Origin: Longimicrobiales bacterium
GTDB taxonomy: Bacteria > Gemmatimonadota > Gemmatimonadetes > Longimicrobiales > Gaopeijiaceae
Assembly: GCA_965226375.1 (NCBI GenBank)
Contig: CBDDCX010000008.1
Span: 32,001 to 96,000 of the forward strand
DNA length: 64,000 bases
Direction: 5' to 3'
Part shown: positions 1-9,237 of the stretch, piece after piece
How positions within the stretch are numbered: the first letter of the stretch is position 1
How the letters are laid out: the number at the start of each line of letters is the position of its first letter
Notes under the pieces: generated by a model
The model's database searches: none
Told to the model about the DNA's origin: nothing
What the model saw: the letters and a program-made list of their open reading frames with translations, nothing else
Position numbers and translations under genes: made by a program

Positions 1-758
1 CCGCCCGTCTCGGCGATCGCCTCGGCCAGCCGGTCGCTGATGTTCCGGGGGTTGTCGACCAGTGTCCGGGCGTTCGCGTGGCTGCAGATGACGGGGACGC
101 CGCGGGAGATCTCCAGGGCGTCGAAGCTGGTCTGGTCGCCGGTGTGGCCGGCCACGTCGAGGAGGATGTCCATCCGGTGGATCTCCTCGACGAGTTCACG
201 ACCCTCCCTCGTCAGGCCGACGCGGGAGGCCGTGCAGCCACCTCCGAACCGTCCCTCGACGTTGAGGGCCACGGCCGAGATCCGGAGGCCCAGTTCGTAG
301 TAGCCACGCAGCGCCCCGCGCCAGTCCTCCTCCCGCTCCAGAGCTGCCGGCCCCTGGAAATGGAACACCCGCGCGATCTTGCCCTGCTCGTGAGCCTCCC
401 GAATCTCACGGACATTCCCGGTCCAAACCATCGCCTCATCGTGTCCGTCCAGAAAGGCGTGGCACGCGCCGATGCCGGCCACGCCGCCATGGTCCACGAC
501 TGAGCAGTTCACTCCTCCCGTCCTCAGCCGCCCTAGATGCACTTCCGTGTCGCCCCCACAGTCCCGCGCGTCGACCACAAGGGTGGCACGCTGGACCTCG
601 AGTGGATCCCGGTTCGGGCTGCGGTCCGAAGGGTCGAGCTGGGGCCTGCCCGAGGAGGGGCTTCCTTCCTCCTCTTCTTCTCGGCAGGCCGCGGAGCCCG
701 TCAGGGTTGCCGCCGCACTGATGATGGCCATCTGACCCACAAAATGTCGCCGTATCAT
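1..758 (-). CDS. Membrane dipeptidase (M19)-like protein, variant B', 3' end outside the window
   Basis: Manual translation from the ATG at 758 gives MIRRHFVGQ...LVVDARDC...DVAGHTGDQT...ICSHANAR. It is a paralog of 2020..3159 with patchy differences. Confidence 0.85.
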   Translation of the reverse strand, partial: MIRRHFVGQMAIISAAATLTGSAACREEEEEGSPSSGRPQLDPSDRSPNRDPLEVQRATLVVDARDCGGDTEVHLGRLRTGGVNCSVVDHGGVAGIGACHAFLDGHDEAMVWTGNVREIREAHEQGKIARVFHFQGPAALEREEDWRGALRGYYELGLRISAVALNVEGRFGGGCTASRVGLTREGRELVEEIHRMDILLDVAGHTGDQTSFDALEISRGVPVICSHANARTLVDNPRNISDRLAEAIAETG

Positions 759-795
759 CCTTTCCCCCTTGTTGCGAGATGGAGGGACCAGGGCC

Positions 796-1983
796 TCACG
801 CGCCCCAGACCTGTTCGTAGACGCGGAGCCAGTTTTCGCCGAGGAGCTTCCAGATCTCTGCGTTTGACCAGCCGCGCTCGATGAGACCTCCGGTCACGTT
901 CGGCAGCTCCGAGATGTCTTCGAAGCCCCGGACGTAGAACCAGGGTTGCTCGCTGTACGCTTCGGGCGGCATCCGATGGCGATCCATGGGTTGGGCGACG
1001 TTGCGACCGGGCCCGTCCACGAAGTCGGGTCCCAGTGCGATGTGATCGGCGCCGACCAAGTTCTTTACGTAGTCGTACTGATCCAGATGCCGGTCAAGCC
1101 GCACCTGGGGCGTCCGCGGCACGTGGGCGTCCTGCCGCCGCCGGGCGTGGAAGTCGTTGAACGCGGTCATGCCGATCACCCCGCCGGTGTCCGCGATCGC
1201 CTCCATCAGCCGGTCGCTGATGTTCCGGGGGTTGTCGACCAGTGACCGGACGTTCGTGTGGCTGCAGATGACGGGCACGCCGCGGGAGATCTCCAGGGCG
1301 TCGAAGCTGGTCTGGTCGCCAGTGTGACCGCCGATGTCGAGGACGATCCGGAGGCCGTGGATCTCCTCGACGAGCCGCTCCCCCGCCTTGGTGAGGCCGA
1401 TCTGGGGCTCGATGCATCCGGCGCCGAACTCATTGGCCACGTTGTAGGCGATACCCTCAATCCGGAGCCCCATCTCGTAATAGGCCCGCAGCGCGGTGGG
1501 GTCCGGAGGGGGCGGTGAGCCGTCCGAAAGCCGCTCGGACGACTGCCATCCGAAGAGATGGGAGATCTTGCCGTCCGCCCGGGCCTTGCGGATCTCGGCC
1601 ACGGTGCGGGCCGGCACGATCCGGTCGCTGTGCTCGTCGAAGAAGTGGTAGGCGTTGGAGAACTCCTGCACGCCGCCACCACCTCGGTGCCAGCAGTTCA
1701 CGCCGCCCGCCGTGAGCATGTCAAGGTACTCCGCCCGGAGGTTCGACGGATCCAGCCCGTTCACCACAAGGGTGGCACGCTGGACCTCGAGGGGGTCCCG
1801 ATTCGGGCCGCGGTCCAAAGGATCGAGTTGGGGCCCGACCGGCGGCATCGGTCCTCCGTCCGCTCCGGACTCCGGCCCCGCCTCCCAGCTCGAGGCCGCA
1901 GCGGCCGACTCCGGATTCCACGGCGCCAGTCCCGCTCCCGCCGTCGCGACCGCCACTCGACCCAGAAAGCTCCGTCGTTTCAT
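796..1983 (-). CDS. Membrane dipeptidase (M19)-like protein A with Tat signal
   Basis: KRRSFL twin-arginine leader; motifs LDIGGH, ICSH, PRNISD, HIALGPDF, LLGENWLRV. Confidence 0.85.
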   Translation of the reverse strand: MKRRSFLGRVAVATAGAGLAPWNPESAAAASSWEAGPESGADGGPMPPVGPQLDPLDRGPNRDPLEVQRATLVVNGLDPSNLRAEYLDMLTAGGVNCWHRGGGGVQEFSNAYHFFDEHSDRIVPARTVAEIRKARADGKISHLFGWQSSERLSDGSPPPPDPTALRAYYEMGLRIEGIAYNVANEFGAGCIEPQIGLTKAGERLVEEIHGLRIVLDIGGHTGDQTSFDALEISRGVPVICSHTNVRSLVDNPRNISDRLMEAIADTGGVIGMTAFNDFHARRRQDAHVPRTPQVRLDRHLDQYDYVKNLVGADHIALGPDFVDGPGRNVAQPMDRHRMPPEAYSEQPWFYVRGFEDISELPNVTGGLIERGWSNAEIWKLLGENWLRVYEQVWGA

Positions 1984-2019
1984 GCTCTCCCCCTCCGTTG
2001 TGGGACATAAATGCGTATG

Positions 2020-3159
2020 TCACGCGCTCCAGACCTGCTGGTAGACACGCAGCCAGTTCTCTCCCAGCAGCTTCCAGAGCTCCGCATTCGACCATCCCCG
2101 CCGGATGAGCCCCCGGGTCATGTTCGGCAGTTGGGAGATCGAGTCGAAGTCCTCGATGTAGTAGAATGAGCCAGGATCGCTGTACATCTCCGGGAAGTTG
2201 AGCCCGCCCTGGTACGTTTCCGCTCCCTCCTCGATGTTGTCGATGCCGAGGGCGATGTGGTCCACGCCGATCAGCTCCTTGAAGTAGTCGTACTGGTCGA
2301 GGTGCTTCTCCAGCGACACCTGGGGCATGGTGCGCTTGTCTGCGTCGTTCCGGGTACGGATGTGGAAGTCGCTCACCGCAGTGATCCCGATGACGCCGCC
2401 CGTCTCGGCGATCGCCTCGGCCAGCCGGTCGCTGATGTTCCGGGGGTTGTCGACCAGTGCCCGGACGTTCGTGTGGCTGCAGATGACGGGCACGCCGCGG
2501 GAGATCTCCAGGGCGTCGAAGCTGGTCTGGTCGCCGGTGTGGCCGGCCACGTCGAGGAGGATGTCCATCCGGTGGATCTCCTCGACGAGTTCACGACCCT
2601 CCCTCGTCAGGCCGAAGTGGGAGGCCGTGCAGCCACCTCCAAACCGTCCCTCGGGGTTGGAGTTGTGGCCCACGGCCGAGATCCGGAGGCCCAGTTCGTA
2701 GTAGCCACGCAGCGCCCCGCGCCAGTCCTCCTCCCGCTCCAGAGCTGCCGGCCCCTGGAAATGGAACACCCGTGCGATCTTGCCTTCCCGATGGATACGC
2801 CGGATATCGCCGACGGTGGTCGCCACAACCATGTCCTCGCTGTTCACGTCGATGAGGCGGTAGCTTCCGCCGATCTCTGCAACGCCCGGGCGATGGACTA
2901 CCGAGCAGTTCACGCCCCCCGTCCTCAGCCGCTCGAGCTGCTCCACGGTGTCTCTTCCCGCATCCCGACCCTCGACCACAAGGGTGGCACGCTGGACCTC
3001 GAGTGGATCCCGGTTCGGGCTGCGGTCCGAAGGGTCGAGCTGGGGCCTGCCCGAGGAGGGGCTTCCTTCCTCCTCTTCTTCTCGGCAGGCCGCGGAGCCC
3101 GTCAGGGTTGCCGCCGCACTGATGATGGCCATCTGACCCACAAAATGTCGCCGTATCAT
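2020..3159 (-). CDS. Membrane dipeptidase (M19)-like protein B, Tat/lipoprotein-like leader
   Basis: IRRHFV leader with SAAC; motifs DVAGH, ICSH, PRNISD, HIALGID, LLGENWLRV. Confidence 0.85.
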   Translation of the reverse strand: MIRRHFVGQMAIISAAATLTGSAACREEEEEGSPSSGRPQLDPSDRSPNRDPLEVQRATLVVEGRDAGRDTVEQLERLRTGGVNCSVVHRPGVAEIGGSYRLIDVNSEDMVVATTVGDIRRIHREGKIARVFHFQGPAALEREEDWRGALRGYYELGLRISAVGHNSNPEGRFGGGCTASHFGLTREGRELVEEIHRMDILLDVAGHTGDQTSFDALEISRGVPVICSHTNVRALVDNPRNISDRLAEAIAETGGVIGITAVSDFHIRTRNDADKRTMPQVSLEKHLDQYDYFKELIGVDHIALGIDNIEEGAETYQGGLNFPEMYSDPGSFYYIEDFDSISQLPNMTRGLIRRGWSNAELWKLLGENWLRVYQQVWSA

Positions 3160-3196
3160 CCTTTCCCCCTTGTTGCGAGATGGAGGGACCAGGGCC

Positions 3197-4384
3197 TCAC
3201 GCGCCCCAGACCTGTTCGTAGACGCGGAGCCAGTTTTCGCCGAGGAGCTTCCAGATCTCTGCGTTTGACCAGCCGCGCTCGATGAGACCTCCGGTCACGT
3301 TCGGCAGCTCCGAGATGTCTTCGAAGCCCCGGACGTAGAACCAGGGTTGCTCGCTGTACGCTTCGGGCGGCATCCGATGGCGATCCATGGGTTGGGCGAC
3401 GTTGCGACCGGGCCCGTCCACGAAGTCGGGTCCCAGTGCGATGTGATCGGCGCCGACCAAGTTCTTTACGTAGTCGTACTGATCCAGATGCCGGTCAAGC
3501 CGCACCTGGGGCGTCCGCGGCACGTGGGCGTCCTGCCGCCGCCGGGCGTGGAAGTCGTTGAACGCGGTCATGCCGATCACCCCGCCGGTGTCCGCGATCG
3601 CCTCCATCAGCCGGTCGCTGATGTTCCGGGGGTTGTCGACCAGTGACCGGACGTTCGTGTGGCTGCAGATGACGGGCACGCCGCGGGAGATCTCCAGGGC
3701 GTCGAAGCTGGTCTGGTCGCCAGTGTGACCGCCGATGTCGAGGACGATCCGGAGGCCGTGGATCTCCTCGACGAGCCGCTCCCCCGCCTTGGTGAGGCCG
3801 ATCTGGGGCTCGATGCATCCGGCGCCGAACTCATTGGCCACGTTGTAGGCGATACCCTCAATCCGGAGCCCCATCTCGTAATAGGCCCGCAGCGCGGTGG
3901 GGTCCGGAGGGGGCGGTGAGCCGTCCGAAAGCCGCTCGGACGACTGCCATCCGAAGAGATGGGAGATCTTGCCGTCCGCCCGGGCCTTGCGGATCTCGGC
4001 CACGGTGCGGGCCGGCACGATCCGGTCGCTGTGCTCGTCGAAGAAGTGGTAGGCGTTGGAGAACTCCTGCACGCCGCCACCACCTCGGTGCCAGCAGTTC
4101 ACGCCGCCCGCCGTGAGCATGTCAAGGTACTCCGCCCGGAGGTTCGACGGATCCAGCCCGTTCACCACAAGGGTGGCACGCTGGACCTCGAGGGGGTCCC
4201 GATTCGGGCCGCGGTCCAAAGGATCGAGTTGGGGCCCGACCGGCGGCATCGGTCCTCCGTCCGCTCCGGACTCCGGCCCCGCCTCCCAGCTCGAGGCCGC
4301 AGCGGCCGACTCCGGATTCCACGGCGCCAGTCCCGCTCCCGCCGTCGCGACCGCCACTCGACCCAGAAAGCTCCGTCGTTTCAT
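3197..4384 (-). CDS. Dipeptidase-like protein A, second identical copy
   Basis: Same translation as 796..1983, offset 2401. Confidence 0.85.
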   Translation of the reverse strand: MKRRSFLGRVAVATAGAGLAPWNPESAAAASSWEAGPESGADGGPMPPVGPQLDPLDRGPNRDPLEVQRATLVVNGLDPSNLRAEYLDMLTAGGVNCWHRGGGGVQEFSNAYHFFDEHSDRIVPARTVAEIRKARADGKISHLFGWQSSERLSDGSPPPPDPTALRAYYEMGLRIEGIAYNVANEFGAGCIEPQIGLTKAGERLVEEIHGLRIVLDIGGHTGDQTSFDALEISRGVPVICSHTNVRSLVDNPRNISDRLMEAIADTGGVIGMTAFNDFHARRRQDAHVPRTPQVRLDRHLDQYDYVKNLVGADHIALGPDFVDGPGRNVAQPMDRHRMPPEAYSEQPWFYVRGFEDISELPNVTGGLIERGWSNAEIWKLLGENWLRVYEQVWGA

Positions 4385-4420
4385 GCTCTCCCCCTCCGTT
4401 GTGGGACATAAATGCGTATG

Positions 4421-5560
4421 TCACGCGCTCCAGACCTGCTGGTAGACACGCAGCCAGTTCTCTCCCAGCAGCTTCCAGAGCTCCGCATTCGACCATCCCC
4501 GCCGGATGAGCCCCCGGGTCATGTTCGGCAGTTGGGAGATCGAGTCGAAGTCCTCGATGTAGTAGAATGAGCCAGGATCGCTGTACATCTCCGGGAAGTT
4601 GAGCCCGCCCTGGTACGTTTCCGCTCCCTCCTCGATGTTGTCGATGCCGAGGGCGATGTGGTCCACGCCGATCAGCTCCTTGAAGTAGTCGTACTGGTCG
4701 AGGTGCTTCTCCAGCGACACCTGGGGCATGGTGCGCTTGTCTGCGTCGTTCCGGGTACGGATGTGGAAGTCGCTCACCGCAGTGATCCCGATGACGCCGC
4801 CCGTCTCGGCGATCGCCTCGGCCAGCCGGTCGCTGATGTTCCGGGGGTTGTCGACCAGTGCCCGGACGTTCGTGTGGCTGCAGATGACGGGCACGCCGCG
4901 GGAGATCTCCAGGGCGTCGAAGCTGGTCTGGTCGCCGGTGTGGCCGGCCACGTCGAGGAGGATGTCCATCCGGTGGATCTCCTCGACGAGTTCACGACCC
5001 TCCCTCGTCAGGCCGAAGTGGGAGGCCGTGCAGCCACCTCCAAACCGTCCCTCGGGGTTGGAGTTGTGGCCCACGGCCGAGATCCGGAGGCCCAGTTCGT
5101 AGTAGCCACGCAGCGCCCCGCGCCAGTCCTCCTCCCGCTCCAGAGCTGCCGGCCCCTGGAAATGGAACACCCGTGCGATCTTGCCTTCCCGATGGATACG
5201 CCGGATATCGCCGACGGTGGTCGCCACAACCATGTCCTCGCTGTTCACGTCGATGAGGCGGTAGCTTCCGCCGATCTCTGCAACGCCCGGGCGATGGACT
5301 ACCGAGCAGTTCACGCCCCCCGTCCTCAGCCGCTCGAGCTGCTCCACGGTGTCTCTTCCCGCATCCCGACCCTCGACCACAAGGGTGGCACGCTGGACCT
5401 CGAGTGGATCCCGGTTCGGGCTGCGGTCCGAAGGGTCGAGCTGGGGCCTGCCCGAGGAGGGGCTTCCTTCCTCCTCTTCTTCTCGGCAGGCCGCGGAGCC
5501 CGTCAGGGTTGCCGCCGCACTGATGATGGCCATCTGACCCACAAAATGTCGCCGTATCAT
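4421..5560 (-). CDS. Dipeptidase-like protein B, second identical copy
   Basis: Same translation as 2020..3159, offset 2401. Confidence 0.85.
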   Translation of the reverse strand: MIRRHFVGQMAIISAAATLTGSAACREEEEEGSPSSGRPQLDPSDRSPNRDPLEVQRATLVVEGRDAGRDTVEQLERLRTGGVNCSVVHRPGVAEIGGSYRLIDVNSEDMVVATTVGDIRRIHREGKIARVFHFQGPAALEREEDWRGALRGYYELGLRISAVGHNSNPEGRFGGGCTASHFGLTREGRELVEEIHRMDILLDVAGHTGDQTSFDALEISRGVPVICSHTNVRALVDNPRNISDRLAEAIAETGGVIGITAVSDFHIRTRNDADKRTMPQVSLEKHLDQYDYFKELIGVDHIALGIDNIEEGAETYQGGLNFPEMYSDPGSFYYIEDFDSISQLPNMTRGLIRRGWSNAELWKLLGENWLRVYQQVWSA

Positions 5561-5597
5561 CCTTTCCCCCTTGTTGCGAGATGGAGGGACCAGGGCC

Positions 5598-5789
5598 TCA
5601 CGCGCCCCAGACCTGTTCGTAGACGCGGAGCCAGTTTTCGCCGAGGAGCTTCCAGATCTCTGCGTTTGACCAGCCGCGCTCGATGAGACCTCCGGTCACG
5701 TTCGGCAGCTCCGAGATGTCTTCGAAGCCCCGGACGTAGAACCAGGGTTGCTCGCTGTACGCTTCGGGCGGCATCCGATGGCGATCCAT
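5598..5789 (-). pseudogene. C-terminal 63 codons of dipeptidase A (truncated third copy)
   Basis: Identical to the 3' end of gene A; preceded by an RBS-like GGAGAGG. Confidence 0.8.
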
Positions 5790-5819
5790 GGTCCTCTCCC
5801 GTTGGTGAGTTGATTCCCC

Positions 5820-6842
5820 CTAACCCTCGCGGTTCAGCGCCGCAGACACAGTGTCGGGTAACGGGCCCTCCAAGGCCCATGCCTCGCCCCCACCCAGGCC
5901 AGCCCTCAACGGGTCGGCGGCACCGATGATCCACTCGTGAACGCCCGTGATGTGGACCGCCGCCTTCACTCGCACGGGGCACCCCTCCTCGCCCGAGGCC
6001 GGCTCCACCACGACCTCGAAGCCGAGCCTCCTCGACCCGTAGGTCGTGATTGGCTCCCCGGCCTCGATCTCACCCCGGGCGAGCAGCAGGCTCGCCAGCG
6101 CTCCGCTCCCTGTGCCACACGGCGAGCGGTCGATCTGCGTCCGGTTGAAGAGCACCGACGTCTCGAACGCCCGCCCTCCGTCCCGGACCCGATAGACGAG
6201 CACTTCTGGAATAGCCGACCCCTTGAGGTCGATCCCCTCCTCCGCCGACCGCAGGAGTTCCCCCAGGACCCGCCTCCGCGCCTCGATCCCGGTGAACGCT
6301 TCCTCCCCCCGCTCGCCCAACTCCGCCACGTCGACCACCACGTAGGAGTTCCCGCACCAGACCAGGGCCGCGGTGATCCCATCCTCCCACGGCAACCCGA
6401 TCCCCTCCCCTAGGACCCGGGCCGCGGGAAGCCGAAGCGTGGCGCTGCATGTCTCGCCGTCCCCCTCTGCAGCCAGCACCGTGGTGACCGAGCCGTCGGG
6501 ATTATCGATCTCGAAGGGCGTTGCTAGTTCGCCGATCATCCGCTGCCACACCGCCACGCTGCAGAACGTCCCGTGCCCGCACCCCTCCAAGTAGCCCGCC
6601 GGATCGAAGAAGATCAGCGAGTACGTGCTCGTCTCCCGGACCGGCGGCCCCAGCACAGCCCCAAACTCTCCCGCGTGACCCCGGGGCTCTTGCATTAGCG
6701 CCCTGCGGATCCAGTCCAACTCCCGCCGGAAGTACGCGCTCCGCTCCAGCGCGTCGCCCCCCCGGAGCGGAGGCACCCCCCCATACACCACCCGGCAGGG
6801 CCCGCCGGCAGCGTGGGCGTCGACGCTGAAGAGAACTGCCAC
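5820..6842 (-). CDS. Proline racemase / hydroxyproline epimerase family protein
   Basis: Motifs DAHAAGGPCRV, EPRGH, GCGHGT and DRSPCGTG (both catalytic Cys). GTG start at 6842 follows AGAGGAG. Confidence 0.85.
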   Translation of the reverse strand: MAVLFSVDAHAAGGPCRVVYGGVPPLRGGDALERSAYFRRELDWIRRALMQEPRGHAGEFGAVLGPPVRETSTYSLIFFDPAGYLEGCGHGTFCSVAVWQRMIGELATPFEIDNPDGSVTTVLAAEGDGETCSATLRLPAARVLGEGIGLPWEDGITAALVWCGNSYVVVDVAELGERGEEAFTGIEARRRVLGELLRSAEEGIDLKGSAIPEVLVYRVRDGGRAFETSVLFNRTQIDRSPCGTGSGALASLLLARGEIEAGEPITTYGSRRLGFEVVVEPASGEEGCPVRVKAAVHITGVHEWIIGAADPLRAGLGGGEAWALEGPLPDTVSAALNREG

Positions 6843-7128
6843 GTCTCGTGCTCCTCTGTCGTGGGAGCCTACAGGACCAGGACCGCCAGCCTCGCTCCGC
6901 AACCCGACCGACACGGACAGTCCTCATCTAGGCGACGCTCCACAGCTTCGTCCTAAATAGACACGGCACACCACTCCGCATTACTAATCCGGCGGTCGGT
7001 CCCGGATCGCGGATGAAGAGGGGGCGGGGCCCCGCTACCGCACGGCGTCGGGAGTCGTCGAGGTCCCCGGGCGGGCGGGGGCGGAGAGTGGGTGGAGGTC
7101 CCCCGGTTCAGTGGACAGGTCAACCTGG

Positions 7129-7612
7129 TTTGTTCCAGGCCCGGGCTCCCTCCACCCCCGAACCACGAACCTCAACCCCGCTCGCCTCTACCCGTTGCCG
7201 GATCCCCTCGGACACCGCGCCGTTACTCGCGGATCGAGGACCTCGGCCGGTCTCCCACACTCACGTTCACACTCGCAAGAGCAGGTGATATGGCACGACT
7301 AATGGCACTAGCCCACAAACCGTAGAGGTCGATCGCCCAACAACGGCGCGTTCAGGGGGGCGATCCTCTCTTTGTTCCAGGCCCGGGCTCCCTCCACCCC
7401 CGAACCACGAACCTCAACCCCGCTCGCCTCTACCCGTTGCCGGATCCCCTCGGACACCGCGCCGTTACTCGCGGATCGAGGACCTCGGCCGGTCTCCCAC
7501 ACTCACGTTCACACTCGCAAGAGCAGGTGATATGGCACGACTAATGGCACTAGCCCACAAACCGTAGAGGTCGATCGCCCAACAACGGCGCGTTCAGGGG
7601 GGCGATCCTCTC
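7129..7612. repeat. Exact 242-bp tandem duplication (7129..7370 / 7371..7612)
   Basis: Direct reading of the sequence. Each unit contains the short direct repeat TGGCACGACTAATGGCAC. Confidence 0.9.
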
Positions 7613-7672
7613 TGACACCAACCTCAACGATGCGGATTTGACGGACGCGAACCTCGATAGGCGCCAAGCTGC
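7599..7672 (+). pseudogene. Pentapeptide-repeat protein remnant
   Basis: Translates as GAILSDTNLNDADLTDANL, then a frameshift, then GAKL. Confidence 0.5.
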
Positions 7673-7987
7673 TCCGGACGTCGTTTGGCCGCACTCGACT
7701 TCCCACCGAGCTGGACAACGTGGATTTCCGCGGCCCGTGCAGCCTCGTCCCATCCGTGGCACTCCCAGGCTCTCTCCGCCCTGAGGACCACGGTATTAGA
7801 TCCGCTCGGCGGCGGTCGGCGCCACGGGTTGGACCGCCCACTGCCGCTGAGACGTTGTGGACGAAACATCGACAGTAACGCGACACAGTCACAATCGCCC
7901 ACGATCGGCCATGAACGCTCATGACCGCTAGTTCCCCGAAAACCCTTGTGGGAGAACGGGTACGGCCGCTCCTGAGCGAATGGGTTA

Positions 7988-8032
7988 CGACTCATAATCG
8001 GTAGGTCGCAGGTTCGAGCCCTGCCGGGCCCA
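7988..8032 (+). tRNA. 3' half of tRNA-Ile2/Met (anticodon CAT); probable att-site fragment
   Basis: CGACTCATAATCGGTAGGTCGCAGGTTCGAGCCCTGCCGGGCCCA has the anticodon loop, T-arm and 3' acceptor strand. No matching 5' acceptor strand or D-arm lies upstream. Confidence 0.8.
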
Positions 8033-8040
8033 TTGACGAA

Positions 8041-8088
8041 GGCCAGCCATAGCAACGGACGTGCTGCCGCGGCTGGCCCTTGTCGTTT
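8041..8088. terminator. Hairpin between the tRNA fragment and the convergent dipeptidase gene
   Basis: GGCCAGCC...GGCTGGCC stem followed by a T-rich tract. Confidence 0.5.
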
Positions 8089-8100
8089 TGGCCGGTGTGC

Positions 8101-9237
8101 TCAGTTACCCCAAATCTCTCCCAGAACCCGTTGAAAGTTGCCACCGAGGATCCCGCGGATGTGTTCGTCGGTGTACCGCCGCTTGATCAACGCTTCGGCC
8201 ACGTCGAACATGCGCTTCGGGTGCGCGATCGAGTCGATGTCGATCTTGTCGCGGAAGGCATAGCTGTCCTTGTATCCGGACTTGAGCCGGGCGTACTCCG
8301 CCGCGGGCATGTCGTCGTAGCCGTATAGATCGATGTCCGATCCGATGCCCAGATGCTCGATCCCAATCAGGTCCCTCACGTGGTCGAAGTGGTCGATGTA
8401 GTGCTCGACCGTGGTCGGTTCGTCGCCCTTCACGAAGTTACGGACGCCCGTGATGCCCATGACCCCGCCGGTCTCGGCCATGCGGCGAATCGCCTCGTCC
8501 GTCTTGCACCGTGGGTGAGGCGGATTGAGCGCGCGCACGTTGGAATGCGTGTATAGCACCGGCTTGCTCGACACCTCACACGCATCGAGTGTGGTGCGGT
8601 CTCCCGAGTGTGACACGTCGACCGCCATTCCGACCTGGTTCATGCGCTCTACGATGCTGACCCCGAAGTCGCTGATGCCTCCATCGATGCGCTCGGTGGA
8701 GCCGTTCCCGATCATGTTGCGTGTGTTGTACGTGAGCTGGCTCACCCGTTGGCCCAGTTGGTGGAACTGGTTCACGTCGTCCGGATTGCGGAAATGGGCG
8801 GAGTTCTGGACGCCGATCAGGATGCCCGCACGCCCCGATCCGTGCACGGAGGCCAGGTCGGCGGTGGAATCGACGCGCACGAACACGTCCGGCCGATTCG
8901 CGATGATGGAGTTGTAGGTCCCTACGAACGACAGGACGTTTTGATACGCCTGCTCCGTGGTCGGACCACCGACGCCCGAAGCGATGTGGAATACATCGAT
9001 TCCGGAGTCGATGAAGGTTTGTATGTCCTCGTCGGTGAGGCCGTCCGCAGCCGCGCCCCAGCGCGCCTGAGTCTCGGAATTCAGGGTCAGTAGGCCGAGC
9101 ATGTCGATCACGAGAGAGCCCTGCACGAGATCGATCGCGCGGGTGGAATACTCCTGCTGGCTCCACGCGAAGAGGCGGTGTCGACCCACGCGAACGAAGG
9201 GAGCGAGCAGGGAGGCTCCAGCAGCAACACCGGAACC
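8101..9237 (-). pseudogene. Membrane dipeptidase (M19) whose 5' end is cut by an IS3 element
   Basis: Motifs VIDML, QLTYN, DVSH, YTH, GIGSD, LGGNF. The reading frame runs into the IS end at 9238. Confidence 0.8.

Larger units (their letters stand above)
571..5791. repeat. Tandem duplication, period 2401 bp (~2.2 units)
   Basis: 571..3390 matches 2972..5791 in every segment I compared. Identity breaks at 570/2971 and 3391/5792. Confidence 0.9.

Noticed and set aside
1..5791. Diversity-generating retroelement behind the dipeptidase variants
   Set aside because: No reverse transcriptase in the window, and the differences include indels and are not restricted to adenines.
6960..7310. Sigma54 promoters at GGCAC motifs
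   Set aside because: The GG-N10-GC spacing is not met.
7960..8035. Complete tRNA gene
   Set aside because: No 5' acceptor strand or D-arm pairs with the 3' half; the same applies at 15600..15670.
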